The notes beneath the pieces are model-generated. The model was not told the DNA's origin, ran no database searches, and worked only from the letters and a program-made list of their open reading frames with translations. From a virus (Duplodnaviria; Caudoviricetes), in the IMG/VR virus record IMGVR_UViG_2791355405_000002, positions 1-64,000 of that record: a stretch of DNA of 64,000 nt. One strand, 5' to 3'. This document shows positions 28,576-37,481 of this stretch, piece by piece (the first letter of the stretch is position 1; each line of letters opens with the position of its first letter). The translations under genes and the position numbers were made by a program.

Positions 28576-28934
28576 TCCTCGTTCCTCGCTTCCTTGGTCG
28601 GCAGTTGCAGCGGCGGCCGGATGCAGTGCGCCCAGTCCTTCGGCGCGCACTTGTCGCTCCGCTCCAAGGGCCAGGGCTTCGCTTCCCGGCCGCACCTCCC
28701 GCAGACGTACATCCACGAGCCGTCCTCGTTGCGGTACGCGTGGCGCCCGGCGTCCTTGTTGGCCCGCAGGCGCTGGGCAACGGCGTACTTCGTTCCCGAG
28801 GCCCGGCACTCCAGACGCCGCGCGCTGGCCAGGGCCCGCTCGTTGCCCCGGTGCCGGTACAGCTTCCCCGTGGCGGTGAAGGAGACCGGGTTACGGCACA
28901 GGGGGCAGGTGCCCCCGCTGCTCGCCCTGCCCAT
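28572..28934 (-). CDS. Zn-binding hypothetical protein
   Basis: CPLC...H...C and CGRC motifs. Confidence 0.65.
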   Translation of the reverse strand: MGRASSGGTCPLCRNPVSFTATGKLYRHRGNERALASARRLECRASGTKYAVAQRLRANKDAGRHAYRNEDGSWMYVCGRCGREAKPWPLERSDKCAPKDWAHCIRPPLQLPTKEARNEE

Positions 28935-29116
28935 TACTCCCGGCCCCCTCGGTTGCGCAGGGCCTGAGCGATGTTCAGGATCTCGTCCGTGATGGCGTCC
29001 ACGGCGTCCTGCCCGAGTCGCTTCACGAGGTCGTCGGGCCCCCACTCGCCCATGGCCGCTTCCAGGATCAGCCCCGCCCGGAAGTTGGCCTCTCGCCGGA
29101 TCTCCCGCTTGTTCAT
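28934..29116 (-). CDS. Hypothetical protein
   Basis: TAATG overlap. Confidence 0.65.
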   Translation of the reverse strand: MNKREIRREANFRAGLILEAAMGEWGPDDLVKRLGQDAVDAITDEILNIAQALRNRGGRE

Positions 29117-29119
29117 CGC

Positions 29120-29779
29120 TCAGCCCTCCACCGGGTTGGCCGTGATGACGGCGCGGATGGCCTTGATCGACGGGGTGTCGTGCAGGCGCCTGCGGTCCGG
29201 CGTGACGGACAGCCCGAACGGGGTCCGGCGTGCGACGCCCGGGGCGACGAAGTACGACAGGTCGTACTTCCAGAGCCAGCCTTCGTCGGTGGCCCGGCTC
29301 ACCCGGACGTCCAGGGCGTACCCGTCGTCACGCGACGCCCACGCCTGCGCCGTGGTCCATCCGTTGGCCTCGGCGAGCGCGAACAGCTCCGCGACCGGCT
29401 TCGGCAAGGCGTAGCCGGCGGGCGCCCGGTCCACGATGCCTGCCTTCAGGCGCCGCAGCGTGGTGTCCCGGGTGTACTTCTCCGCAGGAGTGAGCACGGC
29501 GTCGCGCTCCAGCGCGGCGGCCAGGGTGACCGTCCGGCCGCTGTAGCGGCAGGTCCACCCGGTGCCGGTCGCATCGGCGATCACCGGCCGGCGCTTGCCG
29601 TCCCTGTCCCACGTCGACTTCGGCTCGTGGGTGGTCAGGACGCCGTCCCGGACGCTCGTCGTGTTGCCGCACGGGCACAGCGCCTCCACGGTGCGCAGCA
29701 GGTCGTAGAAGGTGTTCGGCGGGATGATGCCCGGGTCGTGCTTCGCCCCAGTGGCCAGAGTCTCAGCGAGGGTCGTCAT
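29120..29779 (-). CDS. Hypothetical protein
   Basis: ATGA overlap, GGAGGGG RBS. Confidence 0.65.
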   Translation of the reverse strand: MTTLAETLATGAKHDPGIIPPNTFYDLLRTVEALCPCGNTTSVRDGVLTTHEPKSTWDRDGKRRPVIADATGTGWTCRYSGRTVTLAAALERDAVLTPAEKYTRDTTLRRLKAGIVDRAPAGYALPKPVAELFALAEANGWTTAQAWASRDDGYALDVRVSRATDEGWLWKYDLSYFVAPGVARRTPFGLSVTPDRRRLHDTPSIKAIRAVITANPVEG

Positions 29780-30306
29780 GCCGTCCCCTCCGTCTCCGGG
29801 ATCGGGTCGACGTGGCGGAGGGAGATCCAGGCGCCGTGCCCGGTGACGAACACGACGGCGGTGTGCCCCTCCGCCACCCACGCCGCGCTGCGGGTGCGCC
29901 CCGTCTCGCCGGCGCCCTCACGCGCTCCGGTCCAGTAGCGGACCGTCTGGCCCTCGGGGTACGTCAGGTTCCACGCCTCCGCGCGCTCGGCCGGCGTCGG
30001 GCCGTCGTTGGCCACGCGGGAGCCGTTGCGCAGGGCCGCGTCCAGCGACGCGAACTCCCGGCGGTAGAGGTGGTGGCCGTCGTAGGTGTAGCCGTTCACC
30101 TGGAAGCGGGCGCCGTCGTCGCTGTAGTCAAGCACGGCCTGCGCGGTGACGCCGACGACCTTCGGGTGCTCCATGCCCGGCTCCCCGGGCTTCCAGTCGG
30201 CGCCGACCTTGTCGGTGTGCCGGCGGCGGTCGATGATCTTCCGGGCCCGCTCGATGCGGTCGATGCCGCTCGCGATGTGTCCCAGGTCGTAGGTGTCGGT
30301 GCTCAT
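29776..30306 (-). CDS. Hypothetical protein
   Basis: ATGA overlap; WN..YPEGQTVRYW segment seen in phage proteins. Confidence 0.7.
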   Translation of the reverse strand: MSTDTYDLGHIASGIDRIERARKIIDRRRHTDKVGADWKPGEPGMEHPKVVGVTAQAVLDYSDDGARFQVNGYTYDGHHLYRREFASLDAALRNGSRVANDGPTPAERAEAWNLTYPEGQTVRYWTGAREGAGETGRTRSAAWVAEGHTAVVFVTGHGAWISLRHVDPIPETEGTA

Positions 30307-30644
30307 CGTCCTGCCCTCCGCGCCCGGTCCTCTGCGATCTCGGCGTGCAGCATGTCGCGGTAGACCTCGTACGCCTCCGCGAAGGTGTCGGTGCGCTCAG
30401 TCCCCAAGTACCACTTGGCGAAGCCCTTGCCGACGAAGATGCCGCTGCGCTCGGCCCACCGCTCGATCCGGGCCGGGGACGCCAGCCACGCGGCGTACGC
30501 GTCGGTGTAGCGGTCCGCACGCCCGGTGTCCTCGTACCACTCAGGGAAGCCGTCTCGGGCTTCCTTGCCAGCGCACTCGGCCCACTGCCGGGCCGCCGCG
30601 ATGCGCTTGCTGCGCTCCGCCGTTTCCTTATGCCGCCAGTCCAT
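30303..30644 (-). CDS. Hypothetical protein
   Basis: First gene after a palindromic promoter; start-associated motif. Confidence 0.7.
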   Translation of the reverse strand: MDWRHKETAERSKRIAAARQWAECAGKEARDGFPEWYEDTGRADRYTDAYAAWLASPARIERWAERSGIFVGKGFAKWYLGTERTDTFAEAYEVYRDMLHAEIAEDRARRAGR

Positions 30645-30690
30645 GAGGCCCTGCCTTCCTTGGTCGTGGTCCGGCCATCAGCCGAACCAT

Positions 30691-30727
30691 TCGATTTAAT
30701 TAAACCATGGCCGGTGCGCCGGAACAA
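30691..30727 (-). promoter_or_regulatory. Early promoter/operator TTGTTC-17-TTTAAT
   Basis: ATGGTTTAATTAAATCG palindrome. Confidence 0.72.
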
Positions 30728-30730
30728 CCC

Positions 30731-30922
30731 CTATGGGTGGGCCGCCAGTCGCAGCCGGTCCCCGCCCTCGGCCCGTATGAGCTGCACCGCCAGCGCGTCC
30801 TCGTAGGAGAGCACCGACGCCTCGCAGACCCGGCCCAGCCGGACGGAGTGCACCGGGAGCGTGTCCCACATCTGCACCGGTTCACCGCACGCAGGGCACT
30901 CAGCCCACTCGCCTCGCAACAC
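30731..30922 (-). CDS. Small Zn-finger hypothetical protein
   Basis: CPAC...H...C; AGGAGG RBS. Confidence 0.6.
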   Translation of the reverse strand: MLRGEWAECPACGEPVQMWDTLPVHSVRLGRVCEASVLSYEDALAVQLIRAEGGDRLRLAAHP

Positions 30923-31024
30923 GGCCCGCCTCCTGCTCTTCCTGGTTCCTTGGTCATTACGTCACTTGTCCGGCGAATCGCCGAACGCGCCGGGGCCGGA
31001 CGGTGAGGCCCGGCCCCGGCTCGG

Positions 31025-34000
31025 TCAGTCCTTCGCGTAGCAGGAGGCCCAGTCACGGGCCGCTTTGGAGGCCCCGGCCGTGATCGGCACGCCCTTGAAC
31101 TCGAACGTGAACGCCTCCAGCACGGCCTCCTTGACGCCCTCGGCCATGTGTTCGGGGACGCACAGGACGACCTCGTCGTGCACGACGCAGCGCAGCCACT
31201 CCAGGGCCTCGGGGATCATGTCGACCAGGCGCAGCAGCGCCTCGCACATGATGTCCCGGGCGCCGCCCTGGCCCATGAGGGCCGGGGCCTGCGTCCAGGC
31301 ACGGTCGGGGTTGCAGCGCATCTTGCGACCGAACCCGTTGTCCAGCATCTCGCCGGCCGCCGCCCGTTCCCGGACCTCGGTCCGCCAGGCGCACAGCCCG
31401 GGGTACTGCGCGTTCATCTGGTCGTCGAACTTCTGCGCCAGCTCCAGCTCCACACCGCTGTTGGCGATGCCCTTCACGGACATGCCGTAGTTCCAGCCGT
31501 GGCCGATGCGCTTGGAGTTGTCGCGCCACTCGCCATCGTGGCGGCCGAACACGGCATCGGCGATGCGCGAGTGGGCGTCTTCGCCGGGAGCGAAGTTCGC
31601 CATGTACGCCGGGTCCTGGCAGTGCCCGGCGATGGCGCGCATGTCGACCTGGTCCAGGTCGAAACAGATCAGGACGTGGCCGTCGTCGGCGATGAGGGGT
31701 CGCCTCTGCGTGACCTTGCCGCCGCGCTTGGCCATGTTGGTGACCGAGGGGCGGACGTACGCCCACCGGCCGGCGCCCTGAAGGTCGCCGACCTGCGGGT
31801 GGATCCGGTCGCCGACGAGGTGGTCCATGATCTCGGCGTACTTCTGGACCGACGAGGTCACGGTGATGATGTGGCCGCACATCTCGCGCAGGGCGTCTAC
31901 GTCGGCGCCGCGCTCGGCGAACATGCGCAAGACGTTCGGGTTGAGCATGGCGGGCACCTGCCGGGCCCCGGAGCCCTTGCCCACCATGTACGACGCCTCG
32001 CCCAGCGCGTCCTTGTTGAGGCTGATCAGCCCGGAGGCCGTCTTGGGGTAGTGCACCGCACCCCGGTCGGCGAAGGCCTTGATGATCGCCTCACGGCCTT
32101 CGTTGGTGGACAGCGGGGCCTTGACGGACTCGTCGGTGAAGACGCGGTTCTTGCCCCGGCCCCTACCGACGGACTTGGTCAGGGGTACGCCGCAGTGCTC
32201 GTGCAGCCACTCCAGGGACTCCTGCCGCTTGGCCGCCTCCGCGTCGACCAGCTCGCGCAGGACGGGGACGTCGACCTTCCAGCCGGTCAGGGTGGGCCGG
32301 TGCTGGATGTGGGCGACCCGCATCTCCCGGCGGACGTAGTCCGAGGGCTCGCCCAGAGCGCGCCGCACGCCCCGGGTGGCCTGGAGATCGCCGCTGAAGT
32401 ACACGCTCAGCTCGTTGACCGGGATGCGCCCGTACCCGAGGTCCGTGCGCTCGGCCTTGTCCAGTTTGCGGCCGCCGGCCTCCTCCGGACCGTACTTGAA
32501 GGCGAGCGCGGCCAGGTCGTCCGTCTTGCCGGGCAGGCCGTTGCGCTCGGCTACCTGGTCCAGGCCGTAGTAGCCCTTGGTCGCCCACGGCTTCTCGTGC
32601 GCGGCGCCGGGCGGGTCGATGGTCTGGACCCACCGCAGGGTGTCCATGGTCTTCGCGGCCAGCTTGTCGTAGTCGGCGCCGTGGTGACGGGCGAGCGCCA
32701 TCAAGTCGAACCCGAGCAGGTTGTGGCCGTACAGCTCGTCGGCGTCCTCCAGCCGCTTGATCAACTCCTCCACGGAGTTGACGACGACCTCGGTGCCGTC
32801 CTCGGTGACGTAGCCGGCGAGGCGGACGTACGGGTCGCCTCCGAGATCCTTGTGGACGAACAGGCGCTTGGCGCTGTGGGTCTCCAGGTCGAACCCGATG
32901 ACGCCGCCGGCGCGCGGCGGGGTGGCCGCGTCATCCGGAGCCGGGGACGGGGCGGGGACGGTGGCCGCGCGGGGAGCCTGATCAGCTTCCGCTTCCGCGA
33001 ACGGATCACCCGCGAAAGGGTCCGCGTCCGGGTCGGTCAGAGGACGTGTACCCGCTGTACCCTCTACCCCTGTTCCTCCTATGTGTGAGCCAATTTCTCG
33101 GTTATAGGGAGGAGAGGGTACAGGGGGTACACCATTGTCCTCGGTGGGGTTGACCTCGTCTTTTCCGTTCGGGTCCTGGAAGCGCACCCCGAGCCACGCC
33201 TGGTAGTTGACGCCCTTGGGCTCGTGACCGCCCAGAGTCGATCGCCCGTCCCGCGCCCGGATCTTCTTCCGCTGCACGCCGTTCCGCGCGCACTCGTCGT
33301 GGCTTCCGAATCGGGACACGAACGTGCGGTCCGTCCATTCCCGGTGACCTTTGTCCTCCAGGTACCGGTTGAAGACCTCGTGCAGCTCCCGGGCGAGGAT
33401 GTGGGAGTTCCAGTCGAACGTCAGGCAGTCCCCGATGAACGACAGAATCAGGTCCGACTCCTTGCGCCACTCCAGCGTGTCGTCCTCCACCCGCTTCGGC
33501 GGCGGCGGCATGATCTGTCCGGCCGCGTACCACTTGCGGGCGCCCTCCACGGCCCACGCCAGGACGGCCGCCGACACCCGCTCATCCGTCGCGAGGCGCT
33601 GCCGCAGGGTTCCGTCACCGGGCTTGTCATTCGGGCCCGTGCACGGCTCCCCAGCCTTGCGGAAGGTGAACGGGAAGCACAGCAGCGCCAGACGCCGCCA
33701 CGTACCGTGGTCGGTTTCGTCCACCAGAGGCCTGTGGTTCGTGTTGATGATCAACGTGTGCGACGTCGTGAAGGTGACCGGGTCCTGCCTCATCCGGCGG
33801 GCCTTGATGGCCTTCGTACCGGCGAGCTGCTTGGCCCGGTTGACGTCCAGTCGCTTGGCCTCCGGGGTCTCCTCCAGTACCGCGAGCCGGGCCCCCATGA
33901 AATCCATCATCTCCGTGGGGTGGTTGTCGCTTGCGTTCCCGAGCAGGGCCCGGTGGGACACCACTGTGTGGTATCCGTCCTTCTCGCCGGCCGCGCGGGC

Positions 34001-35362
34001 GAGCGCGTCCATGACCGTGCTCTTGCCGTTGGAGCCGCCGCCCTGGAGCAGGAGGATGATGTCGTCTGGGGGGATGTGGCCGGTGAGCGCCTGCCCCATT
34101 CGGAGCTGGAACCAGTCGATCACGTCATCCGGCACGGCCTCCAGAGCCTTGTCCCAGTCAGGGTGCCGGGCGCCCGGGACATAGTCCGCCTCCGTGATCT
34201 TCGTCATGAGCCGGTCGGGGTCATGCGGCGTGAGCACGCCGGTGCGCAGGTCCAGGATGCCGTTCTGGCAGTTGAGCGCGTCAGGGTCGTAGTCGAAATC
34301 CGCCGCGTGAGCGACCAGACTGCCCTTGGACAGCTTCATCAGGTTGCCCAGCTTGGACGCGGACAGGGCCCCGCGCCAGCCGTCCATCTCCGCGCGGTAA
34401 TCCTTGCTCGGCTCGGCGCGCTGCTTGTCCAGCACCCGCTGGAACCCGGAGAGCGCCCATTGGCGGATCTCCTCCAACACCACCGGCTCGGGGCACTCGC
34501 CCCAGGTCTTGCCGTTCCAGCGCATCCACCCGAGGCCGTACGCCCAGCGGTACGTGCCGTCCAGAGCTTCGGAGCACACGGTGTCGGCGAGAACGGCGTC
34601 ACTGAATGCCGCGTCGCGGGAGTTGTCGCTGGGGGTCTCCCGGGTGGCTGCGTCGCGCAGACCCTCAAGCGTTCCGCCGGCGTGGAAGTAGTCGTCCACG
34701 CCCTTGACGGCCTGGCCGTCGACTTCCTCTGGGACGATCAGATACCGGATGTCGGCAGCACCCTTGGACTCCAGCCACGCCCCCAGCCGCCGCATGGCCT
34801 TCAGAACGCTCATGTTGTGGCGCGCGTCGGAGTCGAAGCAGATCACGACTGTGCGGTCCTTGAGGGGGATGTCCTCCCAGTCGCCGAGGGTGCCGTGTCG
34901 TGCACGCCAGTTGTAGACGCCCGAGATGGTGACGACTGGAAGTCCTTTGGACGCTAGGCAGTCCGCCTTTTTCACACCCTCGGTGATCCACAGAGGCGCC
35001 GAGACGGTACGGACAGCAGTCGCCATCAGCGGCGGTACGTCCAGGCGAGCTTTGCCGACCGCAGCCGCGTACTTCACAGGCTTCTCATCGCGCACCTGCG
35101 GCTGGCCGGGCTTGAACATTGCGCCGATCTGCTCACCGGTTACTCGGTAGATCGGGATGAACAGGCCCGGGAACGCCGTGTCTTCGCGCCAGGCCCACAC
35201 CGGAATGGACGCCTCGCGCAGCCGCGCGCGGTCCTCGTCGGTGCCGTACAGCGTCTCGTACCCGCGAGCGTCGCGGATCTCCGGGGCGATCTCGCTGGCG
35301 TCCAGTTCCGCCAGGTGGTGATCTGACAGCTGCCCCGCGTTCGCTTCCACGTACGTGGTCAT
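31025..35362 (-). CDS. Fused DUF3854/TOPRIM primase - D5/SF3 helicase - 3'-5' exonuclease - family A DNA polymerase
   Basis: WITEGVKKAD, ICFDSD, KGVDD; GGGSNGKST; FDLET, GHNLLGFD; DLDQVDMR, KRIGHGWNYG, VVHDE in one 1445-aa ORF. Confidence 0.9.
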   Translation of the reverse strand: MTTYVEANAGQLSDHHLAELDASEIAPEIRDARGYETLYGTDEDRARLREASIPVWAWREDTAFPGLFIPIYRVTGEQIGAMFKPGQPQVRDEKPVKYAAAVGKARLDVPPLMATAVRTVSAPLWITEGVKKADCLASKGLPVVTISGVYNWRARHGTLGDWEDIPLKDRTVVICFDSDARHNMSVLKAMRRLGAWLESKGAADIRYLIVPEEVDGQAVKGVDDYFHAGGTLEGLRDAATRETPSDNSRDAAFSDAVLADTVCSEALDGTYRWAYGLGWMRWNGKTWGECPEPVVLEEIRQWALSGFQRVLDKQRAEPSKDYRAEMDGWRGALSASKLGNLMKLSKGSLVAHAADFDYDPDALNCQNGILDLRTGVLTPHDPDRLMTKITEADYVPGARHPDWDKALEAVPDDVIDWFQLRMGQALTGHIPPDDIILLLQGGGSNGKSTVMDALARAAGEKDGYHTVVSHRALLGNASDNHPTEMMDFMGARLAVLEETPEAKRLDVNRAKQLAGTKAIKARRMRQDPVTFTTSHTLIINTNHRPLVDETDHGTWRRLALLCFPFTFRKAGEPCTGPNDKPGDGTLRQRLATDERVSAAVLAWAVEGARKWYAAGQIMPPPPKRVEDDTLEWRKESDLILSFIGDCLTFDWNSHILARELHEVFNRYLEDKGHREWTDRTFVSRFGSHDECARNGVQRKKIRARDGRSTLGGHEPKGVNYQAWLGVRFQDPNGKDEVNPTEDNGVPPVPSPPYNREIGSHIGGTGVEGTAGTRPLTDPDADPFAGDPFAEAEADQAPRAATVPAPSPAPDDAATPPRAGGVIGFDLETHSAKRLFVHKDLGGDPYVRLAGYVTEDGTEVVVNSVEELIKRLEDADELYGHNLLGFDLMALARHHGADYDKLAAKTMDTLRWVQTIDPPGAAHEKPWATKGYYGLDQVAERNGLPGKTDDLAALAFKYGPEEAGGRKLDKAERTDLGYGRIPVNELSVYFSGDLQATRGVRRALGEPSDYVRREMRVAHIQHRPTLTGWKVDVPVLRELVDAEAAKRQESLEWLHEHCGVPLTKSVGRGRGKNRVFTDESVKAPLSTNEGREAIIKAFADRGAVHYPKTASGLISLNKDALGEASYMVGKGSGARQVPAMLNPNVLRMFAERGADVDALREMCGHIITVTSSVQKYAEIMDHLVGDRIHPQVGDLQGAGRWAYVRPSVTNMAKRGGKVTQRRPLIADDGHVLICFDLDQVDMRAIAGHCQDPAYMANFAPGEDAHSRIADAVFGRHDGEWRDNSKRIGHGWNYGMSVKGIANSGVELELAQKFDDQMNAQYPGLCAWRTEVRERAAAGEMLDNGFGRKMRCNPDRAWTQAPALMGQGGARDIMCEALLRLVDMIPEALEWLRCVVHDEVVLCVPEHMAEGVKEAVLEAFTFEFKGVPITAGASKAARDWASCYAKD

Positions 35363-35418
35363 GAGGGGGATCCTGCTTCCTTGGTCAGTGCTTCCTTGGT
35401 CTGCGGGGGCTTGGGCAC

Positions 35419-35901
35419 TTACTCTCTCCTCCCCTTCCGGCCGGCCGGGCGCCGACGATCAAACCGCGCGGCAGACGCCGCGTCCCACGCTGTCCGGAAC
35501 TCGGGGCCGGTCCACATGCGGTGGACGTCGGCGACCATGCCGCTCGGGTGCCAGACACGGACGGTGTGATCCCGCCCGCAGACGTCACCCCGGCGGTGCA
35601 GGCCGCGCACCGTGAACAGCATCAAGCCGGTCCCGGCGACGAGGCCCTTCCAGCGTGGGTCGTCAAAGGTATCCGCGTCGGGCTTTATCTCCATCCACGC
35701 CTGGTCAGCACCGTGATGGGGCCGGATGCGGAAGTCCGGCAGGTACCCTCGCGAGCCGACGCGGTAGGCCTGCGGCTCGTACTCCCACGGGATGCCCGCG
35801 CGTTCGAAAAACACGATCCACCGGGCCTCCAGCCGCGAGCGGGTGGTGACCCCGTGCACGGTGGTGGGTATCGGCTTGACGACCTGGTACAGGCTGTTCA
35901 C
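35419..35901 (-). CDS. PD-(D/E)XK nuclease-like protein
   Basis: RSRLEARW, WEYEP, YLPDF and EIKP motifs. Confidence 0.8.
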   Translation of the reverse strand: MNSLYQVVKPIPTTVHGVTTRSRLEARWIVFFERAGIPWEYEPQAYRVGSRGYLPDFRIRPHHGADQAWMEIKPDADTFDDPRWKGLVAGTGLMLFTVRGLHRRGDVCGRDHTVRVWHPSGMVADVHRMWTGPEFRTAWDAASAARFDRRRPAGRKGRRE

Positions 35902-36128
35902 GACGTGATGCCTGTGAGGGCCGGCGAGGCGGCCGAGACGTCGACGACGACGGGCGTGTTGCGCAGCCGGGCCCACTCCTCGGCTTCCCTGCGCGGGATG
36001 CGCACGCGGCCGTTGGGCGTCTTGTGCTTGGTCAGCGGCACGTCCGGGTCGTCCAGCCAGCGGTAGACGGACCCGGGGTGGACCCCGGCGAGGTCCGCTA
36101 CCTGGGCGACCGTCAGGAACTCTTCCAC
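35898..36128 (-). CDS. Excisionase-like HTH DNA-binding protein
   Basis: LTVAQVADLAGVHPGSVYRW...GRVRI. Confidence 0.8.
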   Translation of the reverse strand: MEEFLTVAQVADLAGVHPGSVYRWLDDPDVPLTKHKTPNGRVRIPRREAEEWARLRNTPVVVDVSAASPALTGITS

Positions 36129-36355
36129 TGCTCCTCCTTGATGGTGTGTAAGTACGCGTAGCGATGATACCCGCGTTTACACACGCTTATACACGGGGTA
36201 CCATAACGGACATGAGGCCCGACGGAGCCTCGCCGACCCAGACCAAGGAACTCCCGGGACGCCGGGCGCAGATGGGGCAACGTCACGGCCCCGCAGACCC
36301 CCTTGCGGCCTGCGGGTTCGGTGATTGTGCACCCCGCTGGGAGGATCACGGACTC

Positions 36356-36667
36356 ATGACCAAGGAAGAAACGGCTTACGCGGCTGCACTGAACCGTGTC
36401 GGCTCCGACGTTGAAGACGGCTTGCTGTTCTCCGAAGCGCTCGGCCGGATGCGGCGCGAGGCGCTGCACTCCACCGGCCCGCACGCCGACTGCCCGCACT
36501 GCTGGTGGACGGTCCCCTGCAACGGAGCGCTGGACGGGGACCACTTCCTCGCCCTGTGGGAGCACCTGATCACGCGTCACGGGGTGGACGTCTGGCTCGC
36601 GACGGCCCCGGCCCGCGAAGTCTGGGACCGCGCCGTGGAAGAGTTCAAAGGAGCGATGGCCGCATGA
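36356..36667 (+). CDS. Hypothetical protein
   Basis: First gene of the rightward arm; coupled downstream. Confidence 0.6.
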   Translation: MTKEETAYAAALNRVGSDVEDGLLFSEALGRMRREALHSTGPHADCPHCWWTVPCNGALDGDHFLALWEHLITRHGVDVWLATAPAREVWDRAVEEFKGAMAA

Positions 36668-37032
36668 GCGCCGACGACGCCGACCGCAAGCTGCTGGGCC
36701 TGCTCGACTCGCTCAGCCCCGAGCACGTGGAGCGGCTCAAGGCACCGCAGACGGACGGCCCGGAGACGTATCTGGGCGTGGACGTCCCCGCGTACATGAG
36801 GCCTCACTGGGACTCCCCGCAGGCGATGTGGTGGAGGGCCGGGGTGGAGGCCGCACGGCAGGCCCGCCGCTGCGCTCACTGCGGCGGGGTCATCGAGCCC
36901 ACCGGCGGTCACGACTGGATCGGCCCCGTGTCGACCCCTGATGAGCCGCAGAAGCGGTACCACCTGCACCCCGACTTCCCGGACTGCCGTCGGGCGTCCG
37001 GCGCCTGCGGCACGGAAGGGAGCGAGCAGTGA
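36664..37032 (+). CDS. Hypothetical protein
   Basis: ATGA overlap. Confidence 0.6.
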   Translation: MSADDADRKLLGLLDSLSPEHVERLKAPQTDGPETYLGVDVPAYMRPHWDSPQAMWWRAGVEAARQARRCAHCGGVIEPTGGHDWIGPVSTPDEPQKRYHLHPDFPDCRRASGACGTEGSEQ

Positions 37033-37481
37033 GCACCAGCGACGAGCAGTACCGGGTCCTGTACTTCAAGGACGGCGAGGACGCGTTCACCGAGCCGGAG
37101 TCACTGGACGACGCCAGGGCGACCGCGCAGCGGCTGGGGAGCGAGGGCTACGACGTCAGCGCAGTCATGGGTGACGTCGCCGCCCAGGGCTACATGCACG
37201 CCCGGCAGAACGGCCCGGAAGGGTCCGACCCGTTCGGACCCGGGCCGGACCTGATGATGTCCCGCGAGACCGCTGATCTCCTCCTGCGGGCAGTCACCGG
37301 CCTGCTGGACGAGGGCTACTGGCCGAAGGCGTACACCGGCTACGGGCCGGACGACACCGACGAGAAGGACTACGACACCGCGCTGGTGCGCAGGGCAGCC
37401 GACATCGTCGGCCGCGACCGGATCAAGAACCGGGGACTGCTGGAGCACCTCGCCGAGCTGGACGCGGAGGTCGACGGATGA
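37029..37481 (+). CDS. Hypothetical protein
   Basis: GTGA overlap. Confidence 0.65.
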   Translation: MSTSDEQYRVLYFKDGEDAFTEPESLDDARATAQRLGSEGYDVSAVMGDVAAQGYMHARQNGPEGSDPFGPGPDLMMSRETADLLLRAVTGLLDEGYWPKAYTGYGPDDTDEKDYDTALVRRAADIVGRDRIKNRGLLEHLAELDAEVDG

